Assembly (NCBI GenBank): GCA_028817225.1
Contig: JAPPQC010000011.1
Coordinates: forward strand, 65,098-129,097
From: Gammaproteobacteria bacterium
Lineage (GTDB): Bacteria; Pseudomonadota; Gammaproteobacteria; Poriferisulfidales; Oxydemutatoraceae
Reading direction: 5' to 3'
DNA length: 64,000 nucleotides
In this document: positions 1 to 14,741 of the stretch, piece by piece
Layout of the letters: each line of letters begins with the position of its first letter
Numbering within the stretch: the stretch's first letter is position 1
Translations under genes and position numbers: made by a program
The notes under the pieces: generated by a model
Seen by the model: the letters and a program-made list of their open reading frames with translations, nothing else
Told to the model about the DNA's origin: nothing
Database searches by the model: none

Positions 1-413
1 AAGAAGACCATGACCAGCGCGAAGGTGATGTTGACGAGAATGCCGATCAGCAGCGTCGGCACCGCGATGGCGAGGCTCGGCCACATGCGCTGGCGGATGT
101 CGTAGCCGATGTCCCTGCCGCTGTCGGAGCGCCCGAAGTCAAACACGAACAGGCGCAGCGACTCGTCGAAGAAAATCGTGTCGGACAGACGCGACCCGCC
201 CGGCGCGCCGGCGTTGTAGAACAGCGGGCGGTCGTAGCCGCGGTCGCGCTTCCACAAATCCACCTGCTCCTGCGTCACATGGCGGTGCCCCAGGTGCATG
301 CGCGCGATGTCGTCGGGCGAGTTGACGATGAAGAACAGCGAGAATGTCAGTATGTTGACGCCGACCAGAATCGGCAGCGCATACAGCGCGCGGCGGACGA
401 TGTAGGCGATCAC
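1..413 (-). CDS. ABC transporter permease, YejB/DppB-like (5' part only; gene continues past window start)
   Basis: Reverse-complement translation reads VIAYIVRRALYALPILVGVNILTFSLFFIVNSPDDIARMHLGHRHV..., a typical binding-protein-dependent permease N-terminus. GTG start overlaps the upstream gene stop (GTGA). Confidence 0.7.
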   Translation of the reverse strand, partial: MIAYIVRRALYALPILVGVNILTFSLFFIVNSPDDIARMHLGHRHVTQEQVDLWKRDRGYDRPLFYNAGAPGGSRLSDTIFFDESLRLFVFDFGRSDSGRDIGYDIRQRMWPSLAIAVPTLLIGILVNITFALVMVF

Positions 414-2575
414 AGCACGGTCTCGCGGCGGCGCCTGCGGTAGATTGCGACCGCCGGCATCAGGAACAGCGCCAGCGCGCCGGCGAGAACGGCGACCGGG
501 CCGGTGCGCGGGCGGTTCCATTCGTCGCGCAGGCGGGCGCGCCGCGCGCTGTCGAGCTTCAGGTACTTCAGGCCGTTGTGCGCCATCAGGTTCGGCTTGG
601 CGTTGGCGAGCCATTCGTGGTGCAGCACGAAGGACTTGGGGTGAAAGCCCCAGATCCACGGCGCGTCGCGGCGCAGCACCTCGTTCATCTCGTCAATCAA
701 CTCCAGGCGGCGCGGCGTGTTCGGCAGACTGCGCATCTCCTCAAACAGCCGGTCAAAACGCGGGTTGCGGTAATTCGCGGCGTTTTCGCCCTGGTGCGCC
801 ACTTTCGAGTTCGGCCCGTAGAGCAGGAAAAAAAAGTTCTCCGGGTCGGGGTAGTCGGCGTTCCAGCCGAGCCGGAAAATCTGCGCGTTGCCTTCCCGCA
901 TTTTGTCCTGAAAGCGGTTCCAGTCGGTGTTGCGCATGACCAGTTGAAGATCGAGTTTCGCGAACTGCTTTCGCACCCAGTTAAGCCACGACTTGGCGTC
1001 GGGGCCGATGCCGGTCGCGTCGAAGTAGAGCACCAGCGGCTTGCCGGTCTCGCGGTCCATGCCGTCCTTGTAGCCGGCCTCGGCGAGCAGGCGGCGCGCC
1101 TCGGCCAGCGGCTTGCGCACGGCGCGCCCGCCGCGCCAGTCATAGACGCGGCGGTTGACGCCGGCCTCGCCGTCGCGGTGGCCGAAGATGCCCGGCGGCA
1201 GCGGCCCCTGCGCCGGGATGCCGCGCCCGTTCTGGAAGATCGAGATGAACTCGCCGGTGTCCATCGCAATGGACAGGGCGAGGCGCAGTTTGCGCGCGCG
1301 CTCGCTGTCGCCGCCGACGACGGGGTCGAGCATGTTGAAGCCGGTGTAGTAGATCGAGGTCGAGTAGGCGACCGACAGCCGGATGCCGCGCGCGCGCATG
1401 CCTTCGGTCAGTTCAAACTCGCCGCCCTGCCCCAACTGCACCGCCTGGTCGAAACTGTCGGAACTGATGCCGGCGCGGTCGTAGTAACCCTGCAGAAACT
1501 TGTTCCAGTAGGGAATATTCTCCTTCTCCAGGCTGTAGATGACCTTGTCGATGAACGGCAGCCTGGCGCCGGCGTCTTTCAGCAGGCCGCGCGCGGCGTC
1601 GCCGTCCTCGCCTTCAAGCGGGTAGTGGTCGGCGCGGAAGTTGGGGTTGCGCTCCAGCACCATCCGCAGGTTCGGGTTGTTCTCGGTCAGCATGTAGGCG
1701 CCGGTGCCGACCGGGTACCAGTCGAGCGTCAGGTTGCGCTCCTCAAAGCCGGGCTGGCTGTGAAAAGCGTCGGCCTCCCACGGCATCGGCGCAAAGAAGG
1801 GCATCGCCAGCCAGTAGATGAACTGCGGGTAACCGGCGCGCACCATGACCCGGTAGCGGTGCGGCCCGAGCACCGTGACGCCCTCCATGTCAAACGCGCG
1901 CAAATCCAGCCACGCGCCCGGCGCGAGCGTCTTTCTCGCCTCGGTCAGGCGCGCGCGCAAATCGGCGAAACCGACAAGGTGGCGGGCGAGGATGCCGGCA
2001 ATCGGCGAGTGCACGGCGGGGTCGGCGAGGCGCTTGATCTGGTAGGCGTAGTCGGCGGCGCGCAGTTCGCGGCTGCCGGTCTCGGCGAAGTCCGACAGTT
2101 CGTGCACATCGTCCAGTTGCGCCTCGGTGACGGGCCGGTAACGGTAGCCGCCGCCCGCCTTGCGCGCGAAGGCCGGGTGCGGCTGGTAGCGGATGCCGGG
2201 CCGTATCTCAATGTCGTAGGCGGTGGTGGCGACGGCGCCGTCGTCGCGCGTGACGCGCCCGCCGGCGTCGAAGTGCGTCACCCGCGGCATCACCGCCGCC
2301 GTCAGCGGCTGCAATTCATACGGGCGTTTCAGGTAGTGGTAGTGCAGCACCGGCTCAACGACCTGCCCCAGCACCGCGTACTCGTTGGAACTGTAGGAGC
2401 GCGCCGGATCAAAATGCTTGGGGCGCTCGGAAAACCCCGAATACAGGATGTCGCCGTCGGCGGCGCCGGCGTAGGGGTTGTTCCACGCGCCTTCGCCGCA
2501 GCCCGCCAGCGACAGCGCCGCCGCGGCAACGACGCAGACCCGGCAGATTCGGCAGATTCGGAGAGGGGCGGTCAT
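410..2575 (-). CDS. ABC transporter substrate-binding protein, family 5 (peptide/nickel; YejA-like), probable lipoprotein
   Basis: 721-aa ORF with N-terminal signal and lipobox (LSLAGC). Family-5 SBP-like sequence. Immediately upstream of the permease on the same strand. Confidence 0.8.
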   Translation of the reverse strand: MTAPLRICRICRVCVVAAAALSLAGCGEGAWNNPYAGAADGDILYSGFSERPKHFDPARSYSSNEYAVLGQVVEPVLHYHYLKRPYELQPLTAAVMPRVTHFDAGGRVTRDDGAVATTAYDIEIRPGIRYQPHPAFARKAGGGYRYRPVTEAQLDDVHELSDFAETGSRELRAADYAYQIKRLADPAVHSPIAGILARHLVGFADLRARLTEARKTLAPGAWLDLRAFDMEGVTVLGPHRYRVMVRAGYPQFIYWLAMPFFAPMPWEADAFHSQPGFEERNLTLDWYPVGTGAYMLTENNPNLRMVLERNPNFRADHYPLEGEDGDAARGLLKDAGARLPFIDKVIYSLEKENIPYWNKFLQGYYDRAGISSDSFDQAVQLGQGGEFELTEGMRARGIRLSVAYSTSIYYTGFNMLDPVVGGDSERARKLRLALSIAMDTGEFISIFQNGRGIPAQGPLPPGIFGHRDGEAGVNRRVYDWRGGRAVRKPLAEARRLLAEAGYKDGMDRETGKPLVLYFDATGIGPDAKSWLNWVRKQFAKLDLQLVMRNTDWNRFQDKMREGNAQIFRLGWNADYPDPENFFFLLYGPNSKVAHQGENAANYRNPRFDRLFEEMRSLPNTPRRLELIDEMNEVLRRDAPWIWGFHPKSFVLHHEWLANAKPNLMAHNGLKYLKLDSARRARLRDEWNRPRTGPVAVLAGALALFLMPAVAIYRRRRRETVL

Positions 2576-2658
2576 TGCCGCCCATTATATGCGCCGCGTG
2601 CGCGCCGCGCACACCGGCGGGCGGACGGCCCCGCTTCTGCTATGATAGGCCGCGAAAA

Positions 2659-2889
2659 ATGGAACTGCAGGACATCGTCGGCGCCGGCGCCGTCGTCTTC
2701 TATAACCGGGAAACCGACATCCTGGTGGCGTGGGACGGCGGCATTGAATTCCCGGTCTATGCCGGAAAATTCAACGGCGACTACGACCGGATTGACACTT
2801 TTTACAAGGATGTGCATTCGGTCGCCGCCGCCGCCAAGGCCGCCGAAATGTGGTTCCGGGAACACGCAACCTTCAACCCCGGCCCGTGA
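2659..2889 (+). CDS. hypothetical small protein (about 76 aa)
   Basis: [31 protein letters not shown]... with GC-rich third codon positions. Weak SD; the upstream part of the 2575 ORF is probably not coding. Confidence 0.4.
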   Translation: MELQDIVGAGAVVFYNRETDILVAWDGGIEFPVYAGKFNGDYDRIDTFYKDVHSVAAAAKAAEMWFREHATFNPGP

Positions 2890-2912
2890 GGCCGCTGCCA
2901 GGAGAAACCTTG

Positions 2913-3716
2913 ATGAAACTGCTGGACGGAAAACGCGCGCTGATCACCGGCGTCGCCGGTAACCGCTCGATCGCGTGGGGCATCGCGCAGGCGATGCGGC
3001 GCGAAGGCGCCGAACTGGCCTTCACCTTTCAGAACGAGCGGCTGCGCGGGCGCGTCGAGGAACTCGCCGCGCAATGCGGCGCCGGCATCACGCTGCCGTG
3101 CGATGTGCAGAACGACGCCGAAATCACCGCGCTGTTCGCGGCGCTCGGCGAACGCTGGCCGCAACTGGACATCCTGGTGCATTCCATCGCCTACGCGCCG
3201 CGCGAGGAACTCGGCGGCGACTATGTCGGCAACGCCAGCCGCGCCGGCTTCACGACGGCGCACGAGACCAGTTGCTACAGCCTGACGGCGCTGGCGGCGG
3301 GCGCCAGGCCGCTGATGCAATCCGGCGGCGCGGTGCTGACGCTGACCTACTACGGCGCCGAGAAAGTCGTGCCGAACTACAATGTGATGGGGCTTGCCAA
3401 GGCGAGCCTCGAGGCCAATGTTCGCTATCTCGCCGACTGCCTCGGGCCGCAGGGCACGCGCGTTAACGCGATTTCGGCGGGGCCGATCAAGACGCTGGCC
3501 GCCTCCGGCATCGGCGATTTCCGCAAGATGCTGGAGCATGTCGAGCGCACCGCGCCGCTCCGCAGGAATGTCTCGATAGACGAGGTCGGCAACGCCGCGG
3601 CTTTTCTGTGCTCGGACTGCGCCAGCGGCGTCACCGGCGAAATCCTGCATGTGGACGCCGGCTACAACCTCATCGGCATGAGCGCCGGCCCGCAATCGCC
3701 CGCAGGCGGGCGTTAG
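2913..3716 (+). CDS. fabI: enoyl-[acyl-carrier-protein] reductase (NADH) FabI
   Basis: [27 protein letters not shown]...[16 protein letters not shown], a strong FabI match. AGGAGA SD before the ATG. Confidence 0.9.
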   Translation: MKLLDGKRALITGVAGNRSIAWGIAQAMRREGAELAFTFQNERLRGRVEELAAQCGAGITLPCDVQNDAEITALFAALGERWPQLDILVHSIAYAPREELGGDYVGNASRAGFTTAHETSCYSLTALAAGARPLMQSGGAVLTLTYYGAEKVVPNYNVMGLAKASLEANVRYLADCLGPQGTRVNAISAGPIKTLAASGIGDFRKMLEHVERTAPLRRNVSIDEVGNAAAFLCSDCASGVTGEILHVDAGYNLIGMSAGPQSPAGGR

Positions 3717-3755
3717 ACCGACAATCGCCGCCGGGGCGCCGCCCGCAGGCGGGCG

Positions 3756-5015
<1,260 letters not shown>

Positions 5016-5064
5016 GTCGGCGCTCCGGTGCGGTTTCGGTTTCGGTTCCGGTTTCAGTTTCAGT

Positions 5065-6951
5065 TTACAGGGATTCGGTCAACTTCTGCAATTCGTCGGG
5101 ATGCAGCCTGACCTCGAACACATCGCGCAGGCTTTCCAGCACGGCCTGCGTCTCGCGCCCGGCGAACGAGAGGGACTCCGGCTCCAGTTCGTCGCCTTCA
5201 CGCACCGCCGACAACTCGACGATGACCGGCTCGCCGCCGTCCTGCGCGGCGACATAAACCGGCGGCCCGGCAACCGGCGCATCCGTCACAAAGGCGGTTT
5301 TGACGACATCGGCGGGCAATTCGCTGTCGTAGCGGTTGATGTAGCCGGCGTCCACAATCTCAAACACGCCGTCGCCCGCCAACTGGTCCAGCGTCTTGCC
5401 GCCCGTTCTCAGCTGGTTCAGCCATTCCTGGTGGCGCTTGCGCGCCGTCTCCGCGGCGCGGCGAGCGACCAGCGTCGCGACGACATCCTCCCTGACGGCG
5501 TCAAACGCCAGTTGCGTCGAAGGCTGCCGCTCGGCGACGGAGAAAAACAGCGCGTGGCCGCGATCCACCTCGACCAGCCCGCTGTTCAGTTCCTCGCCGG
5601 CCAGCAGGCGCGTCAGCGCGACCTGCCTGGCTCTCGGCCAGGCGAGCAGCCCCTCCTCCTTGTCGGCGTCAAGCCACGGCGTCACCTCGACGGGAATACC
5701 CGGGTACGCCCGGGCCATAATCCGGAAAAACAACTCGCCCTGTTCGTAGGAAATGCGGTTGATGTCGGTTACGAGGCCGGCGTATTGCTGCTCGGCGCGC
5801 TCGTACTTCAGCGACTCCTCCAGTTCCTCGCGCACCTCGTCAAACGTTTTTTCCTCGCGCGGCGTGATTTCGGCAAGTTGAAAAATCTGATAGCCGAATT
5901 CGCCCTCGACCGGCTCGCTGACCTCCCCTTCGGCGAGGCCGAAGACGGCGGCGCGGACGGCCTCGTCGGTGACCTCGTCCTCCGACATCGGCGGCAATTC
6001 ACCGCCGGATTCGGCGGTCAGCGTGTCGTCGGAGTATTCCTTCGCCAACCCGGCGAAATCGGCGCCTTCGGCGATTCTGCCGGTGATCTCATCCAGGCGC
6101 GCGGCCATCCCCCCTTCGTCGCGCTGCTCGCCGGAAACGAGAATGTAGCGGACGCGGCGTTTTTCCGGCGTCGCAAACTCGTCGGCGCGGGTCTCGTAGT
6201 ATTCCCGGACTTCCTCGTCGCCGACGGCCTCGCCGGAGACCAGGTCGTCCACCTGAATCTCGATGTAGCGAAAGCGCACCTGCAGCGGCGACCGGTATTG
6301 CTCCCTGTTCTGCTCGTAATAAGCCTGCGCCTCTTCGTCGCCGACGCCGCCGGGTTCGAGAAAGTTGTCGCTGGCGACGGTCACATAGCGCACCTTCCGC
6401 TCCTGGCTGAACAACTTCTCGTACTGTTCCCGCTCGCTCTTGAGAACGAAACTCGACTCCCGCACCACCTCAAGAAACTGGGAGCGCTTCAGTTGGCGGC
6501 GGTAGTTGTTCTCAAAGGCGGTCTTCGGAATGCGCTGCGATTGCAGGAACAGCGTGTACTGGCGCGGGTCGAAACGGCCGTCGCTCTGAAACTGGGGCAA
6601 TTCGGCAATCATTTTCGCCAGCGTCGAATCCGCCACCTCGTAGCGGTAGCGGTCCGCCGCCTGGGTCAGCAGTTCCTGCCCGAGGCGGTCGCTGATGACC
6701 TGCGACAGAATGGCGTTGTCCGGCGGCATCGCCGCGCCCTGCGACCCGGCCTCGATGTCGCGCTTGCGCTGCGCGAAATTGCTGGCGATCTGGGCGCTGC
6801 TGATCTCGACATCGCCGATGGAAAGCGCCGTCGGCGCGTCGCTCCACCCGAAATACTGCTGAATGCCCCACAGCGCGAAAGGTATCGCAATCAGCGTCAC
6901 GATGGTGTAGGCAATCCAGCCGGTCGCCTTTTCCCTGATTTTCAGAAGCAT
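5065..6951 (-). CDS. ppiD: periplasmic folding chaperone / peptidyl-prolyl isomerase PpiD
   Basis: 628 aa with an N-terminal TM anchor then SurA-N-like and parvulin-like regions. Conserved position after hupB. Confidence 0.85.
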   Translation of the reverse strand: MLLKIREKATGWIAYTIVTLIAIPFALWGIQQYFGWSDAPTALSIGDVEISSAQIASNFAQRKRDIEAGSQGAAMPPDNAILSQVISDRLGQELLTQAADRYRYEVADSTLAKMIAELPQFQSDGRFDPRQYTLFLQSQRIPKTAFENNYRRQLKRSQFLEVVRESSFVLKSEREQYEKLFSQERKVRYVTVASDNFLEPGGVGDEEAQAYYEQNREQYRSPLQVRFRYIEIQVDDLVSGEAVGDEEVREYYETRADEFATPEKRRVRYILVSGEQRDEGGMAARLDEITGRIAEGADFAGLAKEYSDDTLTAESGGELPPMSEDEVTDEAVRAAVFGLAEGEVSEPVEGEFGYQIFQLAEITPREEKTFDEVREELEESLKYERAEQQYAGLVTDINRISYEQGELFFRIMARAYPGIPVEVTPWLDADKEEGLLAWPRARQVALTRLLAGEELNSGLVEVDRGHALFFSVAERQPSTQLAFDAVREDVVATLVARRAAETARKRHQEWLNQLRTGGKTLDQLAGDGVFEIVDAGYINRYDSELPADVVKTAFVTDAPVAGPPVYVAAQDGGEPVIVELSAVREGDELEPESLSFAGRETQAVLESLRDVFEVRLHPDELQKLTESL

Positions 6952-7057
6952 CTTTGATAACGCGAGACAAATTCCGCGGAAAAAACAATGGGGGCGGTGC
7001 GACCGCCCCCATTACAGGATCAATTACCGGCCGTTGCCACGGAAACCGCGAAACCGG

Positions 7058-7134
7058 TGGCGGAGTGGACGGGACTCGAACCCGCGACCCCCGGCGTGAC
7101 AGGCCGGTATTCTAACCAACTGAACTACCACTCC
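7058..7134 (-). tRNA. tRNA-Asp (GTC)
   Basis: Reverse complement GGAGTGGTAGTTCAGTTGGTTAGAATACCGGCCTGTCACGCCGGGGGTCGCGGGTTCGAGTCCCGTCCACTCCGCCA. Cloverleaf with anticodon GTC and encoded CCA. Confidence 0.85.
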
Positions 7135-7144
7135 CGGAACCCGA

Positions 7145-7217
7145 TGGGTGCTGAGGGACTTGAACCCCCGACTTCCGCCTTGTAAGGGCGGTGCTCTACC
7201 CGCTGAGCTAAGCACCC
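7145..7217 (-). tRNA. tRNA-Val (TAC)
   Basis: Reverse complement GGGTGCTTAGCTCAGCGGGTAGAGCACCGCCCTTACAAGGCGGAAGTCGGGGGTTCAAGTCCCTCAGCACCCA. Anticodon loop CTTACAA; CCA not encoded. Confidence 0.8.
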
Positions 7218-7233
7218 CAAACCCGGCGGGGCG

Positions 7234-7506
7234 TCAGTTCAGCGACTCCTTCAGGCTCTTGCCGGCCTTGAAAGCGGGCACCTTGCTGGCGGCAATCTGA
7301 ATGCTCTCGCCGGTGCGGGGATTGCGCCCGCTGCGGGCGCTGCGCTGACGGACCAGGAAAGTGCCGAAACCGACGACGGTCACCTGCTCTCCCTTCCTCA
7401 GACTGCGGGTGATGCAGCCGACAACGGCGTCCACGGCACGCGATGCATCCGCCTTGGACAAGTCCGCATCGTCCGCGACTGCTTCAATTAACTCAGATTT
7501 ATTCAT
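7234..7506 (-). CDS. hupB: DNA-binding protein HU-beta
   Basis: MNKSELIEAVADDADLSKADASRAVDAVVGCITRSLRKGEQVTVVGFGTF..., 90 aa. AGGAGA SD. The longer ORF start at 7608 is unlikely. Confidence 0.9.
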   Translation of the reverse strand: MNKSELIEAVADDADLSKADASRAVDAVVGCITRSLRKGEQVTVVGFGTFLVRQRSARSGRNPRTGESIQIAASKVPAFKAGKSLKESLN

Positions 7507-7706
7507 TATTCTCTGTTTCTCCTTATTCTGGATAATGAAAGTTACGTTTATGCCGCCGGTTGCTTCCCCCGTTGCCTCGGCGCCGCCTGAAACCAGGCGC
7601 CGCCGCACAACGCTTTCCGCTTGCGCAGGCAGTCAAAAGCCCTGCGGCGGGGGCAATTCTACAATAAAAAACGGCCCGCCACCGGATTTGTGCGCTCCGG
7701 GGCGCC

Positions 7707-10178
<2,472 letters not shown>

Positions 10179-10246
10179 AAAACAACGGTTGTCCCCGTAT
10201 TATGGGGGCAATTCCGGCCATTGCAATTGCCCGGCCAATTTCGGCG

Positions 10247-11506
<1,260 letters not shown>

Positions 11507-11561
11507 GACAACCTCCGGCCCGACGCCTCAATAAAACACAAACGGCGCGTTTTGGCAAACA

Positions 11562-12170
11562 TCAGGATTCCCGGTGCAGCAGGATCTTGTCCACAATGCC
11601 GTATTCACGGGCTTCCCGCGAATCCATGAAGCGGTCGCGCTCGGTGTCGCCGGCGATGCGCGCGGCGTCCTGCCCGGTGTGCTCGGCCAGGATGCGGTTG
11701 ACCTGGTCGCGCACCTTCAGGATTTCCTTCGCGTGAATATCCACATCGGTGGCCTGCCCCTGAAAGCCGCCGAGCGGCTGGTGAATCAGGATTTTGGAAT
11801 GGGGCAGCGCATGGCGCTTGCCGTGCGCGCCGCCGGCCAGCAGCAGCGCGCCCATGCTCGCCGCCTGGCCGATGCACAGCGTGCTGATGTCGGGTTTTGT
11901 AAACTGCATCGTGTCGTAGATTGCAAGCCCCGCCGACACCGAGCCGCCGGGGGAATTGATGTACAGCGAAATGTCCTTTTCCGGGTTCTCGGACTCGAGA
12001 AAAAGAATCTGGGCGATGACGAGGTTCGCCATGTGGTCCTCGATGGCGCCGACGATGAAGATGACGCGCTCCTTCAGCAGGCGCGAGTAGATGTCATATG
12101 AGCGTTCGCCGCGCGAGGTCTGCTCGACGACGATGGGAACCAGGTTCCCTGTGGGTTCACTGTGTTGCAT
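11562..12170 (-). CDS. clpP: ATP-dependent Clp protease proteolytic subunit ClpP
   Basis: Catalytic Ser motif GQAASMGA and His/Asp residues. I place the start at MQHSEPTG just after the tig stop; the longer ORF to 12245 overlaps tig. Confidence 0.9.
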   Translation of the reverse strand: MQHSEPTGNLVPIVVEQTSRGERSYDIYSRLLKERVIFIVGAIEDHMANLVIAQILFLESENPEKDISLYINSPGGSVSAGLAIYDTMQFTKPDISTLCIGQAASMGALLLAGGAHGKRHALPHSKILIHQPLGGFQGQATDVDIHAKEILKVRDQVNRILAEHTGQDAARIAGDTERDRFMDSREAREYGIVDKILLHRES

Positions 12171-13557
12171 GGCTGGTTTTCTCCGGGCCGGTGTGGACAA
12201 TTTCATCAAAAGAACAGGTTTTTTCACTGACCTGCGCCGCTTCAAGCACCCGCGCGATGACCTGGTCCTCGACGGCGAGGGCCTCGACCGCGCGGCGCAT
12301 CCGTTCGTTGCCGCGGTAGTGGTTCTTGACGCTTTCGGGGTCTTCGTACGACGCCGCCAGTTCGTCGAGCCGCGCCTCGAAGGACGCGCGGTCGGCGCGG
12401 ATGTCGTGCTGCTCGGCGTAGCGGTGCAGCAGCAGGCCGAGGCGCACGCGGCGCAGCGCCTCGTCGCGGAACAGTTCCGCCGGCAGGCGCGCGCCGTCTT
12501 CCTCCTTCATCCGGAAGCGGCTCGCCGCCTCCTTGCGCATCGTCGCGATTTCCTGCTCGACCATGACGGCGGGCACATCAAATTCGTTGTGTTCAAGCAG
12601 CGCGGCCATCACGCGCTGTTTCAGCAGTTGCGCGAGGCGCGCGCGCAATTCGTTTTCCATGCCTTCGCGCAGCATCGCGCGCAGCCCGTCGAGGCCGCCG
12701 GACTTGACGCCGCACGCGCTGAAAAACGCCTCGTCGAGCGCCGGCAGGACAGGTTCCTCGACCGCGTGCACGGCCACTTCGCGCTCCGCCTCGCCGCCGT
12801 CGCCGGTCGGCACGCGCACGCGGCGGCGGTCGCCCGCGCACACGCCCGCAAGGTCTTCGTTGAATGCGGACGGGACGCCGGACGCGCCCAGTTCCACCGT
12901 GACTTCTTCCGGGCGGTCGGACGGCGCGCCCTGCCCGGCGGCGTCCGCACCAGCGGCGGCGTTCTCACCGGCGCCGCCAACACCCTCTCCGCCGCCGCCG
13001 GCGTCTTCGCCGCCACCGGCGCTGTCGCCGGCGCCGCCTTCACCGGCGCGGCCAAAATTCAGCGTCAGGCGGTCGCCGGCGCGCGCCGGGCGTGAAACCG
13101 TCTTCCAGTCGGCGCGGTTTTTGCGGACGCGCTCGACCATCTGCTCCACATCCGCCGCCGTGACCCCGGCCACCGGCTTTTCAATGACGGCGCTCTCCAT
13201 CGGCGCCGCCTCAAACTCGGGGTACACCTCGATGCTGGCGGTGAACTCCAGGTCGCGGCCCGGCTCCGCCCGGACTTCCTCAAAACGCGGGTAGCCCGCC
13301 GGTTTCAGCAATTCCTTTTGCAGCACCTCGGTGTAATTCGACTGCATCAAGTCGCTCGCGACCTCGCTGAAGACCCTGCCCCCGAAACGCTGCTCGACAA
13401 TCCGCAGCGGCGCCTTGCCGGGGCGAAAGCCGTCGAGGCGAACGCTCTTGCACAACTTTCGCAGGCGCTTCTCGACCTGCCCGCGCACCTCTTCGGCGGC
13501 GACCCGGATGTGCAGTTTGCGCCCGAGAGGCCCCGCCGTTTCAATCGAGAAATCCAT
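12157..13557 (-). CDS. tig: trigger factor (carries an about 45-aa Gly/Ala/Glu/Asp low-complexity insertion)
   Basis: [24 protein letters not shown]... aligns to the Tig N-terminus. The ORF extends to a TTG at 13584, but ATG at 13557 matches homolog starts. The insertion [42 protein letters not shown] is in-frame. Confidence 0.9.
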   Translation of the reverse strand: MDFSIETAGPLGRKLHIRVAAEEVRGQVEKRLRKLCKSVRLDGFRPGKAPLRIVEQRFGGRVFSEVASDLMQSNYTEVLQKELLKPAGYPRFEEVRAEPGRDLEFTASIEVYPEFEAAPMESAVIEKPVAGVTAADVEQMVERVRKNRADWKTVSRPARAGDRLTLNFGRAGEGGAGDSAGGGEDAGGGGEGVGGAGENAAAGADAAGQGAPSDRPEEVTVELGASGVPSAFNEDLAGVCAGDRRRVRVPTGDGGEAEREVAVHAVEEPVLPALDEAFFSACGVKSGGLDGLRAMLREGMENELRARLAQLLKQRVMAALLEHNEFDVPAVMVEQEIATMRKEAASRFRMKEEDGARLPAELFRDEALRRVRLGLLLHRYAEQHDIRADRASFEARLDELAASYEDPESVKNHYRGNERMRRAVEALAVEDQVIARVLEAAQVSEKTCSFDEIVHTGPEKTSHATQ

Positions 13558-13651
13558 CAACAAACCATGGTTCCGCCGCCACAAACCGTTGTTCTGCGCG
13601 GCAGAAACGGATTATAACCTTGAACGGCGCCTTCCATCAGCGGCGCGGCGG

Positions 13652-13743
13652 TGGTGCGAAAGGAGAGATTCGAACTCTCACAGGGAGTAGTTTCCCCACC
13701 GGCTCCTAAAGCCGGCGCGTCTGCCGGTTCCGCCACTTTCGCA
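13652..13743 (-). tRNA. tRNA-Leu (TAG), long variable arm
   Basis: Reverse complement GCGAAAGTGGCGGAACCGGCAGACGCGCCGGCTTTAGGAGCCGGTGGGGAAACTACTCCCTGTGAGAGTTCGAATCTCTCCTTTCGCACCA. Anticodon loop TTTAGGA. Confidence 0.75.
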
Positions 13744-13778
13744 CGCTACGGCCATTATAAAGCCCTTCCGCCGCCGCC

Positions 13779-14093
13779 TCAGCGCGGCGCCTGCTGCAGG
13801 ATTCTGGCCTTGTACTGCCGCCAGTTGGCGCCCATCAGGCGCAGGCTTTCGCCGTCGGCGCCGTGGCGGCGGCGGTTCAGGCGGTAGGCGGCGTACGGAA
13901 TCTTGTAAAAAACAAAGGCCAGAAACATGATGGCGAGGCCGACGCCGGGCTTGTGTTCGTCCAGCAGCGGCACGCCGCCGCGCCACAACAGCACGCCGGC
14001 CAGGCACACCGCCGCCGCCAGCGCCACGGTCAGCAGCCGGTTGTAGCGGTCGTGCGAGCGCTTGATTTGCGCCAGATGTTCAATGGTTTCCAT
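13779..14093 (-). CDS. hypothetical small membrane protein (2 predicted TM helices)
   Basis: 104-aa ORF METIEHLAQIKRSHDRYNRLLTVALAAAVCLAGVLLW...GLAIMFLAFVFYKIPY with GC3-rich codons. No recognisable family. Confidence 0.4.
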   Translation of the reverse strand: METIEHLAQIKRSHDRYNRLLTVALAAAVCLAGVLLWRGGVPLLDEHKPGVGLAIMFLAFVFYKIPYAAYRLNRRRHGADGESLRLMGANWRQYKARILQQAPR

Positions 14094-14169
14094 CGCCGCC
14101 CGGCGCGGAATCGCGGTTGTTTTTCATCATGTCCGGTGCGAATGGTACAACACATGCTATGCTACGCGC

Positions 14170-14519
14170 GAGTCGGCCAGACGGTCGCTGTGGTTGCACA
14201 GAGGAAAGTCCGGGCTCCACAGGGCAGGGCGCCAGGTAACGCCTGGAGGGCGCGAGCCCATGGAAAGTGCCACAGAAAATACACCGCCGCGCCTGCGGGC
14301 GCGGTAAGGGTGAAAAGGTGCGGTAAGAGCGCACCGCGCCGGTGGCAACACCGGTGGCAGGGTAAACCCCGCCTGGAGCAAGGTTGAATAGGGAGGCAAG
14401 CGCGTTGCGCGGCACACGGCCCGTGTGCGCTTCCGGGTAAACCGCAAGAGGCGCATGGCGACATGCGTCCCAGATGAATGACCGTTCTCGACAGAACCCG
14501 GCTTACCGGCCGACTCACT
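14170..14519 (+). ncRNA. rnpB: RNase P RNA (bacterial type A, M1 RNA)
   Basis: Conserved blocks GAGGAAAGTCCGGGCTCCACAGGGCAGGGCGCCAGGTAACGCCTGG, AAAGTGCCACAGAAAATACACCGCC, GGTAAGGGTGAAAAGGTGCGGTAAGAGCGCACCGC, GGTAAACCCCGCCTGGAGCAAG and AGATGAATGACCGTTCTCGACAGAACCCGGCTTA. P1 helix GAGTCGGCC/GGCCGACTC. Confidence 0.85.
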
Positions 14520-14741
14520 TGAACCGGAGTCCGGTATAATCCGGCAACGACACGGGCGGCGCAAAGCCGCCTGGCTTGAAACCTTGGCCGACAACCTGCA
14601 CGACGACGGCCTGGCGGGCGGCGCCATCAGCCGCGCCATCCCGGCGCTGGTCGCAAAAAACTGGCTGGTGGTTGACGCAGGCGCCTGACCGCCGGTTTCA
14701 CCCCTTCCCGCGCCCGGCAACAAGGCAAAACGCCGCCGAAA

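Noticed and set aside
2575-2658. Upstream start (MPPIICAACAPR…) for the small plus-strand ORF
   Set aside because: That Cys/Arg/Pro-rich segment would initiate inside the divergent promoter region of the SBP gene. The downstream ATG at 2659 gives a more protein-like sequence.
578-2962. 794-aa plus-strand ORF, and similar long antisense ORFs (4930..6957, 7938..9641, 10163..11629, 16805..18991, 19582..20661, 23128..25173, 26275..27915, 36679..38139, 45827..47098, 47601..49367, 53292..54833, 54809..56632, 56611..58527, 60718..61770)
   Set aside because: Each lies antisense to a confidently identified conserved gene and has Arg/Ala/Gly-rich, stop-free composition typical of shadow frames in high-GC DNA. 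No recognisable domains.
7609-7706. Possible lon terminator hairpin or T-tract between lon and hupB
   Set aside because: I could see a T-run on the minus strand but could not define a convincing stem by eye, so it is not reported as a feature.
14080-14723. Minus-strand ORFs of 111 and 188 aa
   Set aside because: They overlap the unmistakable RNase P RNA conserved blocks on the plus strand.
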